The notes under the pieces were generated by a model. The model did not search any database, was not told the DNA's origin, and saw only the letters and a program-made list of their open reading frames with translations. Positions 36,495-46,934 of a DNA stretch of 59,676 nt are shown piece by piece. Made by a program: the position numbers and the translations under genes. Source of the stretch: an uncultured Candidatus Saccharibacteria bacterium (GTDB lineage Bacteria > Patescibacteriota > WWE3 > UBA101185 > UBA10185). The stretch's first letter is position 1. Each line of letters begins with the position of its first letter. Location: NCBI GenBank assembly GCA_964510435.1, contig CAZEBU010000004.1, forward strand, positions 1 to 59,676. Reading direction: 5' to 3'.

Positions 36495-37313
36495 TTAGTT
36501 AGACAATGGCTCGCTTGGATCCTTCTGCCACAAAACATAATCAAACTGAGAGGGTAAAATGGGGTCGGTTATGATAACAGAAACTACCTTTTGAGCATTA
36601 CCCGCAACCCCCGTAGACTCAATAAGAATACCTTGTGTTGGCAGACTGGTACCACCAGCTGGTATAATGACCACAATGTTCTCTTCGTAATTGGCTTTAA
36701 GTCTTAATAAGGCTGAGTCATCTTTAGTGGTTAAGGTAAAGCAATTGTTATAACCAAATAACGGGGCTGCTATATTAAAATTATTATCGCCATGGGTAGT
36801 CGTGGTGGGGTTGTAAGCGATAGCATCCGCTTCATAACCTCCGGTTGTGCCATGAACATACAAACCTGTCACAGACATATCAGCCTGATTCCAACAGACG
36901 TATAAACTTTCACCAGATGGATAGCCGTTAAGAACAACTTGCAGGTCCTCGTCCACTTTTAGCTCAGAAATATATGGATCTGAGGAATTTCCTAATACTG
37001 AAAGTTCAACATTGGCATAAATGGTCTGACCATCAGCCCCGGTGATCTCCAAATAGCAATCTGTGGTACAGTTTCCGTTTATAGCATAATCCTCAACAGT
37101 AGATATGGGAAGCAACAGTATGTGCTCAACAGCAGCCTCCGCTACGGCAAGTGCTCTGCTGGCTTGATCAGCCTGTGTGATGTTTCGAAGTCCTCGAATA
37201 TACTTAGAGGAGATAGCAATACCAATGGATAAAGCTATGACCATGAGCACAATTATGACGACTAAAGTTTGTCCTTTTTGTTTTTCGAAAATACTTCTAC
37301 TTACTTTATTCAT
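36495..37313 (-). CDS. PilX-like minor pilin
   Basis: KG|QTLVV class III signal without E5; ALAVAEA motif. Confidence 0.75.
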   Translation of the reverse strand: MNKVSRSIFEKQKGQTLVVIIVLMVIALSIGIAISSKYIRGLRNITQADQASRALAVAEAAVEHILLLPISTVEDYAINGNCTTDCYLEITGADGQTIYANVELSVLGNSSDPYISELKVDEDLQVVLNGYPSGESLYVCWNQADMSVTGLYVHGTTGGYEADAIAYNPTTTTHGDNNFNIAAPLFGYNNCFTLTTKDDSALLRLKANYEENIVVIIPAGGTSLPTQGILIESTGVAGNAQKVVSVIITDPILPSQFDYVLWQKDPSEPLSN

Positions 37314-37316
37314 AGA

Positions 37317-37880
37317 TCAATAGGTATCTCTAACTACCACCGTATCCTCAATAGTAAGATCACCTTCAAAAACCACACTAGCCACACTCCCGGCTTGCGT
37401 CATAGAAATAGCAATTTGTATTACTTGGGGACTGCTTTCAATTAAAGTGAAGCAAGCGTTGCCAGATATGCAGGAAACAGTCACACCGCTAGGGGGAGTG
37501 TTCACCGTTAAGTTCTGGCTTCCCAAACCGGCATCCCTGGTCATCACACCCCCATTTATAGTGTAGTTGACAGTGTTTCCCTGTCTGTCAAGAAAAGTTA
37601 TTTCATAATACGAATCCCCAGCCAACGGGGGTACGTTGCCTGTTGGCGCAGGCTCAAGATACTCAATAACTGTTGCATTTCTTAACTCCTTAGTAAGTTT
37701 TTGAGAAATGAAATTAGCATTTTGTTCTATCTCGTTAATGACTTGGCTTTTGCTATAACTTCTAATTACCGAAATTAAAATATCGCTGGTAACACCCACT
37801 GCCAACGCCGTTAACGCTACCACTAACAACAACTCTATTAGTGTAAATCCTGCTTCGCTAGGCCTTCTTACCTTTCTCAT
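37317..37880 (-). CDS. PilW/GspJ-like minor pilin
   Basis: AG|FTLIELL class III signal. Confidence 0.85.
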   Translation of the reverse strand: MRKVRRPSEAGFTLIELLLVVALTALAVGVTSDILISVIRSYSKSQVINEIEQNANFISQKLTKELRNATVIEYLEPAPTGNVPPLAGDSYYEITFLDRQGNTVNYTINGGVMTRDAGLGSQNLTVNTPPSGVTVSCISGNACFTLIESSPQVIQIAISMTQAGSVASVVFEGDLTIEDTVVVRDTY

Positions 37881-38386
37881 TTATTCCTCCAATTTGTTAG
37901 ATCGGTATACAATCTTGCGTATTTTGTTTCACCACCCACCTCCCAAGAAACAACTACTGCAATTCTTACCACCTCATCTGTTACCTGTAGTGGTGTACCA
38001 TCTTGTCTTGTAGCAATAAAATAACGGGTCACGGTTTCTGCGCCTACGCCTTCAGTGGTGTAACCTGAATCGTCAACACCTAGACCCACGGCATAGTCCA
38101 TGTGGCAGGCATTGGCCAAATCGGTGCAACCAATCACATCATACAAAAACCCGGTGGAACCTGAACCGTCATACCAAACAGTCGATGCGTCCCTATAAGC
38201 CCTGATCAACTCCAACTCCCTACTAGCTAGTTTTGTTCCTTCTAAAAGAAGTTTACTTTTTAAGGATGATCTCAAGGTAAACAAAGAAAGTGAAACCAAA
38301 GAGGTCAAAACAATAACTGAAATACCTAAAGCGGCTACCACTTCAATGATACCTATTCCTTTTTGGTTGATATTTTTTATGAGCAT
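37877..38386 (-). CDS. PilV/GspI-like minor pilin
   Basis: KG|IGIIEVV signal; ELELIRAYRD; V.VSW. Confidence 0.8.
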   Translation of the reverse strand: MLIKNINQKGIGIIEVVAALGISVIVLTSLVSLSLFTLRSSLKSKLLLEGTKLASRELELIRAYRDASTVWYDGSGSTGFLYDVIGCTDLANACHMDYAVGLGVDDSGYTTEGVGAETVTRYFIATRQDGTPLQVTDEVVRIAVVVSWEVGGETKYARLYTDLTNWRNK

Positions 38387-38922
38387 GCCGTCACCGTATT
38401 TACTTGAATTAAACCGTTTGGAGATATTAAAATCCTTCTACACGTTGAATCTCCACCTCCCGCCCCGGGAGGACCAACAATAACCGTGGTATATCCTGCG
38501 GGGCTAAAAGTACCATCTCCATTAGCAAAACTAAAATAGACACAACCACTGTTTTTTAACAAGCCTCCACCAGGAAGATTATCACTGCTTCTTACATCCT
38601 GTCTGGTAGCACCCCCGGCACAAGTTGTTGTGTCAATAGAAACAAACATAGTGTAATTAGCCGCCCCATCGGTAAATTCAATTCCCCAATACTGCACCTT
38701 ATTACCACTTCCGGAAGGAAGTTCGATACTAGCATTCTCGCCATTTAATGCTTTATTCTGGATGGTTCTCAGATCATCTTTAACTTGCTCCTGTGCTTGT
38801 TTTACGTTTTGATTTTCTATGTAGGTATTGAAACTTGGCAATATGGCACCCGTAATGACAGTGATGAGAGAAACGACTATCAGAAGTTCGATTAATGTAA
38901 ATCCTCTTAGGGCAGTTCTCAT
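38377..38922 (-). CDS. FimT/GspH-like minor pilin
   Basis: RG|FTLIELL signal; LRTIQNKAL. Confidence 0.85.
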   Translation of the reverse strand: MRTALRGFTLIELLIVVSLITVITGAILPSFNTYIENQNVKQAQEQVKDDLRTIQNKALNGENASIELPSGSGNKVQYWGIEFTDGAANYTMFVSIDTTTCAGGATRQDVRSSDNLPGGGLLKNSGCVYFSFANGDGTFSPAGYTTVIVGPPGAGGGDSTCRRILISPNGLIQVNTVTACS

Positions 38923-38948
38923 AATCAAATATTAACACTTAATTTTTG

Positions 38949-39440
38949 CTAAGGCGATATAAGTGAGAGGTTATTTCCAATCTCATAAACATCAGGATCA
39001 TTTCCTCCGTCATCGAGGGCAAATTCATCGAAGTATTCCAGCACGGCATTAAGCTCGTAGCTGCTCTCATCATGATAATAAGAGTACAGATATGTAGAGT
39101 CATTTATAGGATCTAACGGAAGCCTGGAAGTATAATCTGAAATATCTTCGTCAATCCATCCCCCCAGGGCACTATCTAAGGCAGAGTTACCTGCAGGTAG
39201 AGTAGTGCTGTCCCTAAGAACATCATCTGAGTCGGGGTAAAAACCAGTGTCTAACACATACTCATTGATGGTTCTATCCAGCAAGTTAAGATCACTAAAT
39301 CTTTTATTATCCCGGGCTCTGCGCTTTTTTTCCTCAGGGTTTAGTATTACCACAGAGGCGGTCAATAAAATTGCAATTATGGCCATGACCACAATCAGTT
39401 CGACCATAGTAACCCCTTTGTCTTGAGATATTTTTTTCAT
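38949..39440 (-). CDS. Type IV pilin (GspG-like)
   Basis: KG|VTMVEL, ARD..R.SD, LP.DP, DGGNDPDVYEIG. Confidence 0.85.
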   Translation of the reverse strand: MKKISQDKGVTMVELIVVMAIIAILLTASVVILNPEEKKRRARDNKRFSDLNLLDRTINEYVLDTGFYPDSDDVLRDSTTLPAGNSALDSALGGWIDEDISDYTSRLPLDPINDSTYLYSYYHDESSYELNAVLEYFDEFALDDGGNDPDVYEIGNNLSLISP

Positions 39441-39974
39441 TTAAGGATTTTGTGCAAAGTAACAAACGTCTATTGTGTCAAAACCTCCTCCACACCCTGT
39501 ATTACCCACAGTACAAGGACTATCGTTACTGGATGTCTCAACTTCCATGATAGTTGTCAAATTGTAGTAAGTGCCATCAGAGCGATAATTGTACCTATAA
39601 GTTGTGGCATTATCACAAGGATCAGAATTATTACCGGAAATTTCCGGGTCCACCGGCACGGGGTTTGCATAGTCAGGTTCCAAAGCTCCTACAATAACAT
39701 TGGTAGCCCCACCACCAACCTGTTCCCAATCGCCGTCGCCGGAACCGGGATTACTGATAGGATATGATCTAAAGTCTACAAAATAAAGCTCCAAAGCTGT
39801 TTGGATCCGTTTTAGATCCGATTTTCTTTGAGAATCTCTAGCTTTTTGTCGCACTCCGGAGCTGTTTACCACCCCTAACAAAACACCACTGAGTGCTCCA
39901 ATGACTAAAATAACTATCAAAAGCTCTATAAGTGTAAAACCGGAATTATTTTTAGGGGCAGTCTGCTTTGGCAT
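39441..39974 (-). CDS. Type IV pilin (GspG-like)
   Basis: SG|FTLIELL, KARDSQRKSDL..IQTALELY. Confidence 0.88.
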   Translation of the reverse strand: MPKQTAPKNNSGFTLIELLIVILVIGALSGVLLGVVNSSGVRQKARDSQRKSDLKRIQTALELYFVDFRSYPISNPGSGDGDWEQVGGGATNVIVGALEPDYANPVPVDPEISGNNSDPCDNATTYRYNYRSDGTYYNLTTIMEVETSSNDSPCTVGNTGCGGGFDTIDVCYFAQNP

Positions 39975-40029
39975 TAAATAAAGTATGTCCTTTTAACTTT
40001 TTAGTGTCAAGTTAACCAAGATCTTTAAG

Positions 40030-40479
40030 TTAATCGCAATCAAGAGGGTCTGAATTATCGGTTGTGTCCGCGCATTCCCTAATTTCGCCCCAGACGTTAT
40101 TGCACTTGAAAAATTCTGTATTTAAAGTCCTTTGAATGTGTACACCAAAGGTAGTACCGTCTAAACCGATGTTATATTGCAAACCGTCAAACCAAGAACT
40201 TAAATACACAGCTGCCAGATCTTCATTTCCTGCCCCTGCTTCTAGTGGATTATTGTTGGCTCCTTCTGCAGGCAAGGTTTCATTTTCCCCTTGATAATAT
40301 GCTCCCAGAGCCGCGCAGGTTTTACCCAAGTTTGCTCGCAGGGAAGCTTCTTGTGCAAACTCCTGCTGTCTTCTGGCATTAATAGCATTCATAGCTACCA
40401 CAGACAATAGTCCTATCAGTATAATTACAATGAGTAGTTCTATCATCGTAACACCTTGATTGCTAGTAACTGGTTTCAT
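40030..40479 (-). CDS. Type IV pilin
   Basis: QG|VTMIELL; paralog of 40484-40957. Confidence 0.82.
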   Translation of the reverse strand: MKPVTSNQGVTMIELLIVIILIGLLSVVAMNAINARRQQEFAQEASLRANLGKTCAALGAYYQGENETLPAEGANNNPLEAGAGNEDLAAVYLSSWFDGLQYNIGLDGTTFGVHIQRTLNTEFFKCNNVWGEIRECADTTDNSDPLDCD

Positions 40480-40483
40480 ATGT

Positions 40484-40957
40484 TTAATCACAATCTGCTA
40501 CATCGTTTGGATTAGTCGTACTGGCGCATTCTCTGATTTCCTTCCAGTTGGAATTGTATTTAAAAAAGTCATTCGAACTAGCTTTGACTACATGTACCGA
40601 AAACACCCCACCACTTAAGTTATAGACATAACCGGCCGGCCAGGCACTGAGATAAATTGCTGCTATATCCCTATCTCCGGCAGATACGTCTAGAGGATCA
40701 TTTGCCGTACCTTCGGCAGGGTAACTTCTTTCAGCCGAGTAGTAAGTCTCCAAGGCATAAAGGGTGTCACTTAGATTCTGCCTTAAAACACCATCTTCCG
40801 CGTATTCCTGCTGACTCTGCGGATTAATGACGGCAATTAAAACTCCTGCCAATATGCCTATAGTGGCAATAACTATCAATAATTCGACTACGGTAAAGCC
40901 TGTTTGTATATTGTATTTACTTAACAATGGCTCCTTCTGAGTATAAAGCGTAATCAA
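40484..40957 (-). CDS. Type IV pilin (true start possibly TTG at 40927)
   Basis: TG|FTVVELL signal. Confidence 0.82.
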   Translation of the reverse strand: MITLYTQKEPLLSKYNIQTGFTVVELLIVIATIGILAGVLIAVINPQSQQEYAEDGVLRQNLSDTLYALETYYSAERSYPAEGTANDPLDVSAGDRDIAAIYLSAWPAGYVYNLSGGVFSVHVVKASSNDFFKYNSNWKEIRECASTTNPNDVADCD

Positions 40958-41846
40958 AACTTGCCGGTAAGTAGGGTAGGGTACGTACTATTCTAATGGT
41001 ACGTGTAGCCGTTACTCCCTGGTCTTGTTCAAGCCTACCTATTGAGACGATAGTGTATCCCTGCAGCGGAAGACTGGCTCCTCCTACCGGAAAGATACCT
41101 AACCTTGATGCTCCTCCCACAGATCTTATCCGTAATCCATAGATATTATTGGTAATATCAACCGTAGCGCAACTATCATACCCGTCATGACCTGCCACCG
41201 CGGCCGTGAAACCCTCCTGAGCATAGGGAGCTCCCGGAGTATTTACCACCCCAAAAAGACCACCTCTAGCTTGCACACCGGATTGATTATATGCTAAGTA
41301 CACTAGATCTGACTCAGGGCTTGAACTCCAACAAATCTCTATTCTATTATCTGAGTAGAATGATCCGCCGTTAAAATCATACAAATTAACCTCCTTAACC
41401 TGACCCGACTCGAGATCAAATGGATAAAAGGATGGGGTGTACCTTTCTACCGTGACAAAGGCTTGTGAAACCAATATATCACCACTACCTTCAAAATCCA
41501 TCTTGCAGGATTGAGTTTCACTATCCCAAACAATATCGGGTTCAGGATCAGGAGGGCATGGACCGGGCATGCAGGGGCCAGCGCCGGAATCAGAAGGACA
41601 TGTGCCGTCCACTGCATCTTCCAAACCAGGCGTCGATAAGGCTAAGAACCTCTCTATGCCACCCTCTGCTGCTGCCAATGCCCTGGAAGCCGTGTCCGTC
41701 CTGGTTGTCCTGGATAGGGAAGTGATGGTTCTCACACTGGCGTTTATGCCAATGGATAAAGCTATGGTCATAACTATGACTACAAAAAGCAATGCCTGAC
41801 CTTTTTCTATTTCGTGACTAAATTTTTGTTTAGTATCTAGTTGCAT
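40917..41846 (-). CDS. PilX-like minor pilin (second copy)
   Basis: KG|QALLF signal; ASRALAAAEGG; LPASFDYAL similar to 36495-37313. Confidence 0.75.
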   Translation of the reverse strand: MQLDTKQKFSHEIEKGQALLFVVIVMTIALSIGINASVRTITSLSRTTRTDTASRALAAAEGGIERFLALSTPGLEDAVDGTCPSDSGAGPCMPGPCPPDPEPDIVWDSETQSCKMDFEGSGDILVSQAFVTVERYTPSFYPFDLESGQVKEVNLYDFNGGSFYSDNRIEICWSSSPESDLVYLAYNQSGVQARGGLFGVVNTPGAPYAQEGFTAAVAGHDGYDSCATVDITNNIYGLRIRSVGGASRLGIFPVGGASLPLQGYTIVSIGRLEQDQGVTATRTIRIVRTLPYLPASFDYALYSEGAIVK

Positions 41847-41847
41847 A

Positions 41848-44800
41848 TTATTCCTCGCTTATCCAATCAACATCTATGACAAATAGCCCGGTGTAGTTAC
41901 CAACATCGGAAGATCTCTCTTGTTCGGTTAAATTGTAAATATAGTCATTATTGTACCTAATTATCTCTGCAGGATAGCTATTAAATGGACCTCTGTTCCT
42001 GTTAAACTGTGCAATTTTAGCAATAATTGGCCCTTCTACTACAATGCTGTCATCAGGATCAACCTCAGGATCCACCCCAGGTTGTGTAGCAATGCCCTCA
42101 AACTCAATGCTGTTTTGTACTATAAAGGCAGCCTCAATCAATGGGGCTGTGGTAAAATCAGGATTTCCGGCTACACTTAGATCCTCATCAATGACGACAT
42201 TCACATCGGGTCCGGTAACAAATACTATTCTGTAGTTATCATTATTAGTAGTAAATGGGCTATCAATCCTTAAGTCACCGCTACCTGTGACGTAAACAAT
42301 GGCCACACCAGGATTTCTCAGACTATAGCCATTAGGGGAGCTGGCTGTGTTGTTTATAGCATTTGCTACATCTGTCACATCAGCCTGGTAGACGTTATCG
42401 GCATTTATTCTTTGCGGTCCGGCATTTTCGATAAACATATCCTCAGCAGGATTACCGCTTAAGGGTAAATCTATGGCCTCACTGGGTGGGAACCCTTTGT
42501 AATTAGTAGGCCAGGTCTGTGAAAAATTAGCAAACTCCACCCACAAACTTGATTCGGACTCAGGGAAATATCCCGGTGTAGTGTCAGAGCTACTAATACT
42601 AATATCGTTACTGGACATCATAGTCACATCCACACCACCTGCATCTTCATACGCTGCATGTGGAGGATCCCAGGGGGCAAGATAATCTGCAGGATCAGGA
42701 AACTCCGTAATTAATCCTCCGGCATAGAAATCTCCGTATAGGGTGGTGACCCAGTTTTGGAAGGTGAGGGGATCTTCTACTTCGAACCACCAGACATCGT
42801 TGCCGGTGGAAGCTGACAAGCCGGAATACTCACCATTATTGGATTCCACGTACCAGCAGTATTCAGTATCTCTAACAAAGAAGGGATCGGTACAGATCTC
42901 TGACCCTTCCAAAGTGCCCGCACACAAACTCGTGTAGTCAATGTCAGAACCAACCGTATCAGGATCAGGACAGACACCGCCAAGTCTAACGGCTGCATGA
43001 ATGGTATAATTTCTGTTTACCACTCCGCAAGTATCACCCCAATCTGCCGGCGCGTTCCAGGTTAGAGTAACTGGTAAAGGTACATTTTGCTCACCCACTG
43101 TTGGCAAGGGATTGAGCGCTCCACCCGGGTTGCCACCACAAATATCAACGGTGTAGTTAGTGGTATTTCCTACGGCACCAGCAATATCTGTAACTGTTGC
43201 ACTTAGTGTGCAGGTAGCAGGGGAGGGGACCGGTTGGAAACTTATGGGAACCGGGAATCTTAGCGATCCTGCCCAAACCATAGTTTCCCTGCCCGACAAA
43301 ACATCTATACCATCATACGGATCAGCTAACGGGTCAGACGAAGTATCAGCTCGATCATAAATGACATAATCTCCATTGGCATCATTACTTTCTGCCTGTA
43401 TTCTCCTGGTACTAGTATCGGTGTAAATAAGATCTATATAGTCTACAAAAAGATCTCTAGTGCTGTTATCATTGGTAAAGACCACATCTACAGTGGAAGC
43501 CACCTGGTTCACAACACAGTTAACCACTTGGTAGCCTCCCCAGTTTACTGTATAGCTGCAGGCTGTGCTTCTAACACCCCCGGAATCAGCCATCACTACG
43601 TCCATTACCGGCCAGCCGGCATTATCCGTACCTCTGACTCTCAAATCAATACTCTGCACTACCTCCTGGGTCATAGGGCAGGTAGAACCCCAGGTTGTTC
43701 GTACCTCCTGTTTGTTGGGATCCGCATAAATATGATTAAAAAGAGCAGCATAGTCAGTAGTATCATATACAGGAGTACTTACACCCAGCCTGGCATTACC
43801 CGGTCCGGTTATCTGCGTCCCTGTAGGAGGATCATTGGCCACTATTATGGAGACGACATCAGTTAGTCCTGTTCGACCGCAATCGCTCCAGGGTGGAAGG
43901 CCCGCCGGGATAATAGGCGCTCCTGTACACTTGCCGTCATAAGCCTCCAGATTATCAAAAGCATTCATGTAGACTAGCCAATTGCCGACATCAGTGGAGA
44001 TGGGTGTCCATTCTCTAACCACAGTACAATTAGCACCAGAACAAGCCTCATCTACCACACCACCCGGTTCATCCAGTAATATTTCAGGACCATAGCTTCC
44101 TCCACCTAAGTCAGCTACTCTGGCTAGCTGCATTCTTAACATAAGCCCACCTATATCCGTAGCTGTAGCTGAAAAACTCTGCGCCACATTAGTCCCTATG
44201 GAAGTACCACCGGCAGGGGAGTCCATTTGAGCTGTGGGTGCTTCATAACTTAAAGTAAATGATTTTGAGGCAGACCATGTTCCACCGGCATCATTAACGG
44301 CTCTCATCCTCCAAAACATTTGGCCTTCCGGTTCGTCTAAAGTTGTGGTAGTAGAGGTAGCATCCCAGGCTAAAGTATTACCACTATCGTATTCAGGGGA
44401 ACTAAAGTCACTATTGTTATCCACCTGTAATCTAAAAGCTCGGCTGGCACAACACTGCTCACCCCAACCGTTAGGATTCCAGTTAAAATCAACAATATTT
44501 GTATCATTGGTAGCAGAGCCGTCCACAGGATCTCCTAGTAATGGGGCGCCGGGAGCGGTGTCACACGTACAACCCGGTGGAGGAGGGTCGCCGTTACCGC
44601 CACCTGGAACACATTCTGCCGGGCACCATTCACAGGTACCTAGTGATCTGTATACATCACCTTGGATACATAATGACGAACAAGTGGCTGTACCGAAACA
44701 GGTGTCATACTCAGTGCGGCAGTTATAATCTTCCCATCCCCATGCAGTACACCGATTCTCCCAACTAGTGCACTCGAGGCCACCACCACAATCATAGGGA

Positions 44801-45270
44801 ACCCAGCCCCAGGCCGCACACCATGGACCTGCCCAAAAAAGGCAATCCCATCGATAACAAGTATCGTACACCCAACGCCAACTTGTACACCACTGTCCTG
44901 TTTCTGTACACACCAAACGTTGATCGCATACTGTGCTGGGATTGCAGTCATATGAATATTGGTAGTCCCATGGCAAGGGAGCACAGCATGTCCATGTATC
45001 TTGGGTATACCCCGGACAATCTGGAGGATTAGTGGTGGGAGTATAGCCTAGGGTAGCACACTCCCAAGAGGGACATCCTCCACCCGTACAGCACATCTCA
45101 CCGTACTGGCAGCAGTATTCACCCGGACCATCACAGGCACAACATTCTTCGCCGCAAGTTTGAGCAAAAGTTGTTTTATATTCGGAAACAAAAAAGGAGA
45201 GGGAAACTACTACCACAACCGTAAAGAGAATTCTAAATAGAATGTGAGCAGGTTTCAAACTGTTGTTCAT
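41848..45270 (-). CDS. Large secreted Cys-rich multidomain adhesin (FN3/Ig-like, CBM60-like), candidate pilus-tip protein
   Basis: Signal peptide from M at 45270; Cys/Trp-rich region; LQVDNNSDFSSP and FWRMRA (FN3); VFTND..RDLFVDYI (CBM60-like). Confidence 0.75.
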   Translation of the reverse strand: MNNSLKPAHILFRILFTVVVVVSLSFFVSEYKTTFAQTCGEECCACDGPGEYCCQYGEMCCTGGGCPSWECATLGYTPTTNPPDCPGYTQDTWTCCAPLPWDYQYSYDCNPSTVCDQRLVCTETGQWCTSWRWVYDTCYRWDCLFWAGPWCAAWGWVPYDCGGGLECTSWENRCTAWGWEDYNCRTEYDTCFGTATCSSLCIQGDVYRSLGTCEWCPAECVPGGGNGDPPPPGCTCDTAPGAPLLGDPVDGSATNDTNIVDFNWNPNGWGEQCCASRAFRLQVDNNSDFSSPEYDSGNTLAWDATSTTTTLDEPEGQMFWRMRAVNDAGGTWSASKSFTLSYEAPTAQMDSPAGGTSIGTNVAQSFSATATDIGGLMLRMQLARVADLGGGSYGPEILLDEPGGVVDEACSGANCTVVREWTPISTDVGNWLVYMNAFDNLEAYDGKCTGAPIIPAGLPPWSDCGRTGLTDVVSIIVANDPPTGTQITGPGNARLGVSTPVYDTTDYAALFNHIYADPNKQEVRTTWGSTCPMTQEVVQSIDLRVRGTDNAGWPVMDVVMADSGGVRSTACSYTVNWGGYQVVNCVVNQVASTVDVVFTNDNSTRDLFVDYIDLIYTDTSTRRIQAESNDANGDYVIYDRADTSSDPLADPYDGIDVLSGRETMVWAGSLRFPVPISFQPVPSPATCTLSATVTDIAGAVGNTTNYTVDICGGNPGGALNPLPTVGEQNVPLPVTLTWNAPADWGDTCGVVNRNYTIHAAVRLGGVCPDPDTVGSDIDYTSLCAGTLEGSEICTDPFFVRDTEYCWYVESNNGEYSGLSASTGNDVWWFEVEDPLTFQNWVTTLYGDFYAGGLITEFPDPADYLAPWDPPHAAYEDAGGVDVTMMSSNDISISSSDTTPGYFPESESSLWVEFANFSQTWPTNYKGFPPSEAIDLPLSGNPAEDMFIENAGPQRINADNVYQADVTDVANAINNTASSPNGYSLRNPGVAIVYVTGSGDLRIDSPFTTNNDNYRIVFVTGPDVNVVIDEDLSVAGNPDFTTAPLIEAAFIVQNSIEFEGIATQPGVDPEVDPDDSIVVEGPIIAKIAQFNRNRGPFNSYPAEIIRYNNDYIYNLTEQERSSDVGNYTGLFVIDVDWISEE

Positions 45271-45312
45271 ACCTATGTGTTTAATGGTAAACCATTTAAT
45301 AACGTTTATCAA

Positions 45313-45370
45313 TAAAAAACATGAACGCCCGCACAATTTTAAGTTTCCTTAAAAAGGCGGGCGCCGTGTC
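45313..45370 (-). terminator. Rho-independent terminator of 45371-46270
   Basis: Minus strand CGCCCGC...GCGGGCG stem followed by T6. Confidence 0.6.
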
Positions 45371-46270
45371 TCACTCACTTTCTTCTTCATCTCCACTTTC
45401 AATCAGGTAGAGTGGGTGACTACTGTCAAAGTTAGGGCAATACAGCGTTCGTCCAGAACTCCCCAATCTCGACTCGTAGTAGGGTAGCAGATAGGAATAC
45501 ATCCCTTCGCCGCTTTGCCCCGGAACCCACTCGGCTTGCTTGTAGTTGTCTTTGCCATAGATGTGGAAGTTTCTCTCCAGAAACAAACACCTCTCCCAAG
45601 CTGGGATTTCTGGGTCACGCCAAGGGTCCCCATAACTCCAACCTGACGTTCTCTCTGTAGGTATTGGACAGTAGCGGTAGTCCTCCCAATGCTTTCCGGA
45701 TTCTTCCACTCCTTCAACCTCGCTTACATCATAGGGAACATACCACTGATCCGGTACATTCTCATCCTCAATGCATGTACATACCTGCACATCCGAGAAA
45801 TACTGGACCACAAAAGGATCGACATCCTCAGACCAATCCTGTCCGTACCTAGTACATTGGAATTTCCTCAGGAAATCTATGTTGACATGGATCCCACCCG
45901 AATACCAGACACTTAAGAAAAGCTCCAAATCCCTTTCCGTCCAACTCAACTCCGGAGTTGGATAGGGCGTTGAAGTTGTTGTTGGGGTCACACTAGGCGT
46001 AAAAGTAGCGGTCGGCTCCAAAGTAGGCGTTGGCGTGTCCGTTGCTGTAGGTGACGGCTCCAAAGTAGGAGTATCAATCACCACAACCTCCGCTGCTTCA
46101 CCAATCCCCGGATCCGGTAAGATAACCTCATCAACACCCGAACCCAACGCACTACGCAGAATTCCATCCAAACCTGCTGCGTAGGCAACAACAATCAAAA
46201 CTACCAGTAATACAATTGAAAGTGCTATCAAAAGCCAGAAAGGCCTCTGATCTCCAAGTCTCTCTGCCAT
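45371..46270 (-). CDS. Membrane-anchored hypothetical protein with Pro/Thr-rich linker
   Basis: N-terminal TM, TPTLEP repeats, acidic C-domain; AAGGAG SD. Confidence 0.75.
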   Translation of the reverse strand: MAERLGDQRPFWLLIALSIVLLVVLIVVAYAAGLDGILRSALGSGVDEVILPDPGIGEAAEVVVIDTPTLEPSPTATDTPTPTLEPTATFTPSVTPTTTSTPYPTPELSWTERDLELFLSVWYSGGIHVNIDFLRKFQCTRYGQDWSEDVDPFVVQYFSDVQVCTCIEDENVPDQWYVPYDVSEVEGVEESGKHWEDYRYCPIPTERTSGWSYGDPWRDPEIPAWERCLFLERNFHIYGKDNYKQAEWVPGQSGEGMYSYLLPYYESRLGSSGRTLYCPNFDSSHPLYLIESGDEEESE

Positions 46271-46382
46271 GATTTTCTCTCCTTGTGATGTGAGGTATCT
46301 AAACCTCTTCGTATTAGATGTTAGTATCTATATGGATAATCTCTTTATACACAAAAAAGCCCAAAATATCAACAATAACGCC

Positions 46383-46922
46383 TTAATCGAACACTGTCAA
46401 AATACACCCACCACCAATATTCAAGCACTCTTCATCAAGACAATAAGCGTAAATAACGTCACCTAATGAAGCCTTCTCAACCACATTAAAACCACCCGCA
46501 AATACGGATGCGGAGGGATTGACCGACTTTACAGCTATAGTATTACTCAATGGGCACTGCACATACATACGGCTCACCCTATGACTAAACTCCTCATTTA
46601 AAGGTCTGGACACATAAATTGCAAGTTCACTGTTATAAACATCAATATCTCTTACTCTACCTTCGATCATTTTCTCTTGCCAATTCCAATCATCCCAATA
46701 ATTTATCTTTTGACCTAAGATAGTATTTAACTCCTCATCAACTGTCTTATACTGCCCATAAGGCTTAGCAAAAACCTGGCGCTCACTTCGCTTAGAGTAA
46801 TACAACCAGTAATAATTAATTTCCTTGCTTATACCGGAAAAAACAAAAAATGTTACAAAAAGAGAACTTACTACAAATATGCTGGCTATTAACTTAAGTT
46901 CGTGGTGTTTTACTTTGTACAT
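46383..46922 (-). CDS. Hypothetical membrane-anchored protein (paralog of 46935-47465)
   Basis: Shared YW..W.W.E.M..G, CPLS.T and YCLD..CLN.G..C. Confidence 0.75.
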   Translation of the reverse strand: MYKVKHHELKLIASIFVVSSLFVTFFVFSGISKEINYYWLYYSKRSERQVFAKPYGQYKTVDEELNTILGQKINYWDDWNWQEKMIEGRVRDIDVYNSELAIYVSRPLNEEFSHRVSRMYVQCPLSNTIAVKSVNPSASVFAGGFNVVEKASLGDVIYAYCLDEECLNIGGGCILTVFD

Positions 46923-46934
46923 AATTATCCTATC

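Noticed and set aside
45960-46075. Short direct repeats (GGCTCCAAAGTAGG twice) as CRISPR or a mobile element
   Set aside because: They are coding repeats of the TPTLEP linker; there is no spacer periodicity and no cas genes.
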